The notes beneath the pieces were generated by a model, which saw only the letters and a program-made list of their open reading frames with translations, searched no databases and was not told where the DNA came from. Of a DNA stretch of 32,000 nucleotides, positions 31,021-32,000 are shown in pieces; positions within the stretch are counted from its first letter, which is position 1; each line of letters opens with the position of its first letter. Position numbers and translations under genes: made by a program. This stretch comes from Aquifex aeolicus VF5 (GTDB taxonomy: Bacteria > Aquificota > Aquificia > Aquificales > Aquificaceae), in assembly GCF_000008625.1 (NCBI RefSeq), contig NC_000918.1, positions 540,001 through 572,000 on the forward strand, given 5' to 3'.

Positions 31021-31094
31021 TGGGCCTCCCAGGACTCGAACCTGGGACCTTGCCCTTATCAGGGGCACGCTCTAACCAGCTGAGCTAGAGGCCC
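31021..31094 (-). tRNA. tRNA-Ile(GAU), CCA not encoded
   Basis: Minus strand GGGCCTCTAGCTCAGCTGGTTAGAGCGTGCCCCTGATAAGGGCAAGGTCCCAGGTTCGAGTCCTGGGAGGCCCA; anticodon loop CTGATAA; followed by TAT. Confidence 0.96.
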
Positions 31095-31152
31095 TGCTTT
31101 GCAAGGGGAGCAACTGAGTAGAGGGTGAGCCTCTCCTCCTTTTATATGCACT

Positions 31153-31192
31153 AGACAGGGATGAGCTCCCCTTTTGTGGGGAGCTTTTGTCT
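31153..31192. other. Strong hairpin in the 16S-tRNA-Ile spacer (AGCTCCCC/GGGGAGCT, with outer AGACA/TGTCT)
   Basis: 8-bp perfect arms at 31164-31171 and 31178-31185 with a 6-nt loop; outer pentamers at 31153-31157 and 31188-31192 also complementary. Confidence 0.6.
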
Positions 31193-31199
31193 CCGTTAT

Positions 31200-32000
<801 letters not shown>

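Overview
The window looks like an Aquificota (Aquifex-type hyperthermophile) chromosomal segment. Bases 1-27745 are densely packed protein genes, mostly core metabolism and housekeeping. Bases 27769-32000 are a minus-strand rRNA operon (16S partial, tRNA-Ile, tRNA-Ala, 23S, 5S) that runs directly into murF. Recognisable genes are hisD (5'-coding part only, running off the left edge), an RND transporter, an SQR-like flavoprotein, mqnC, a lipid-anchored cytochrome c, rpmI, a UvrD/Rep helicase, a CTP/S41 protease, tsaD, tRNA-Pro(GGG), a divergent-looking group 2 [NiFe] hydrogenase pair, pyrC, two multihaem cytochromes with a DUF2231-like membrane protein, an MscS channel, acpS, a membrane ClpP-class/SDH protease, coaBC, hemL, a YbhN/UPF0104-like membrane protein, lnt, a PilZ-like protein and murF. 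I found no CRISPR array, transposon or prophage, and no convincing new defence-type system. The most notable observations are these. (i) tRNA-Pro sits 7 nt upstream of the hydrogenase small-subunit start, with its own promoter-like sequence. (ii) That hydrogenase has altered metal-ligand motifs (CCGNT; C-terminal DLCSVCTTK) and no cleavable C-terminal extension. (iii) A freestanding ORF resembles only the N-terminal domain of Dna2/IGHMBP2-type helicases. (iv) There is a compact haem-protein/DUF2231 cluster. (v) A ~44-bp inverted repeat brackets the 23S rRNA. (vi) The rRNA operon abuts murF with no visible terminator. (vii) Divergent gene pairs have very short spacers and suggest leaderless mRNAs.
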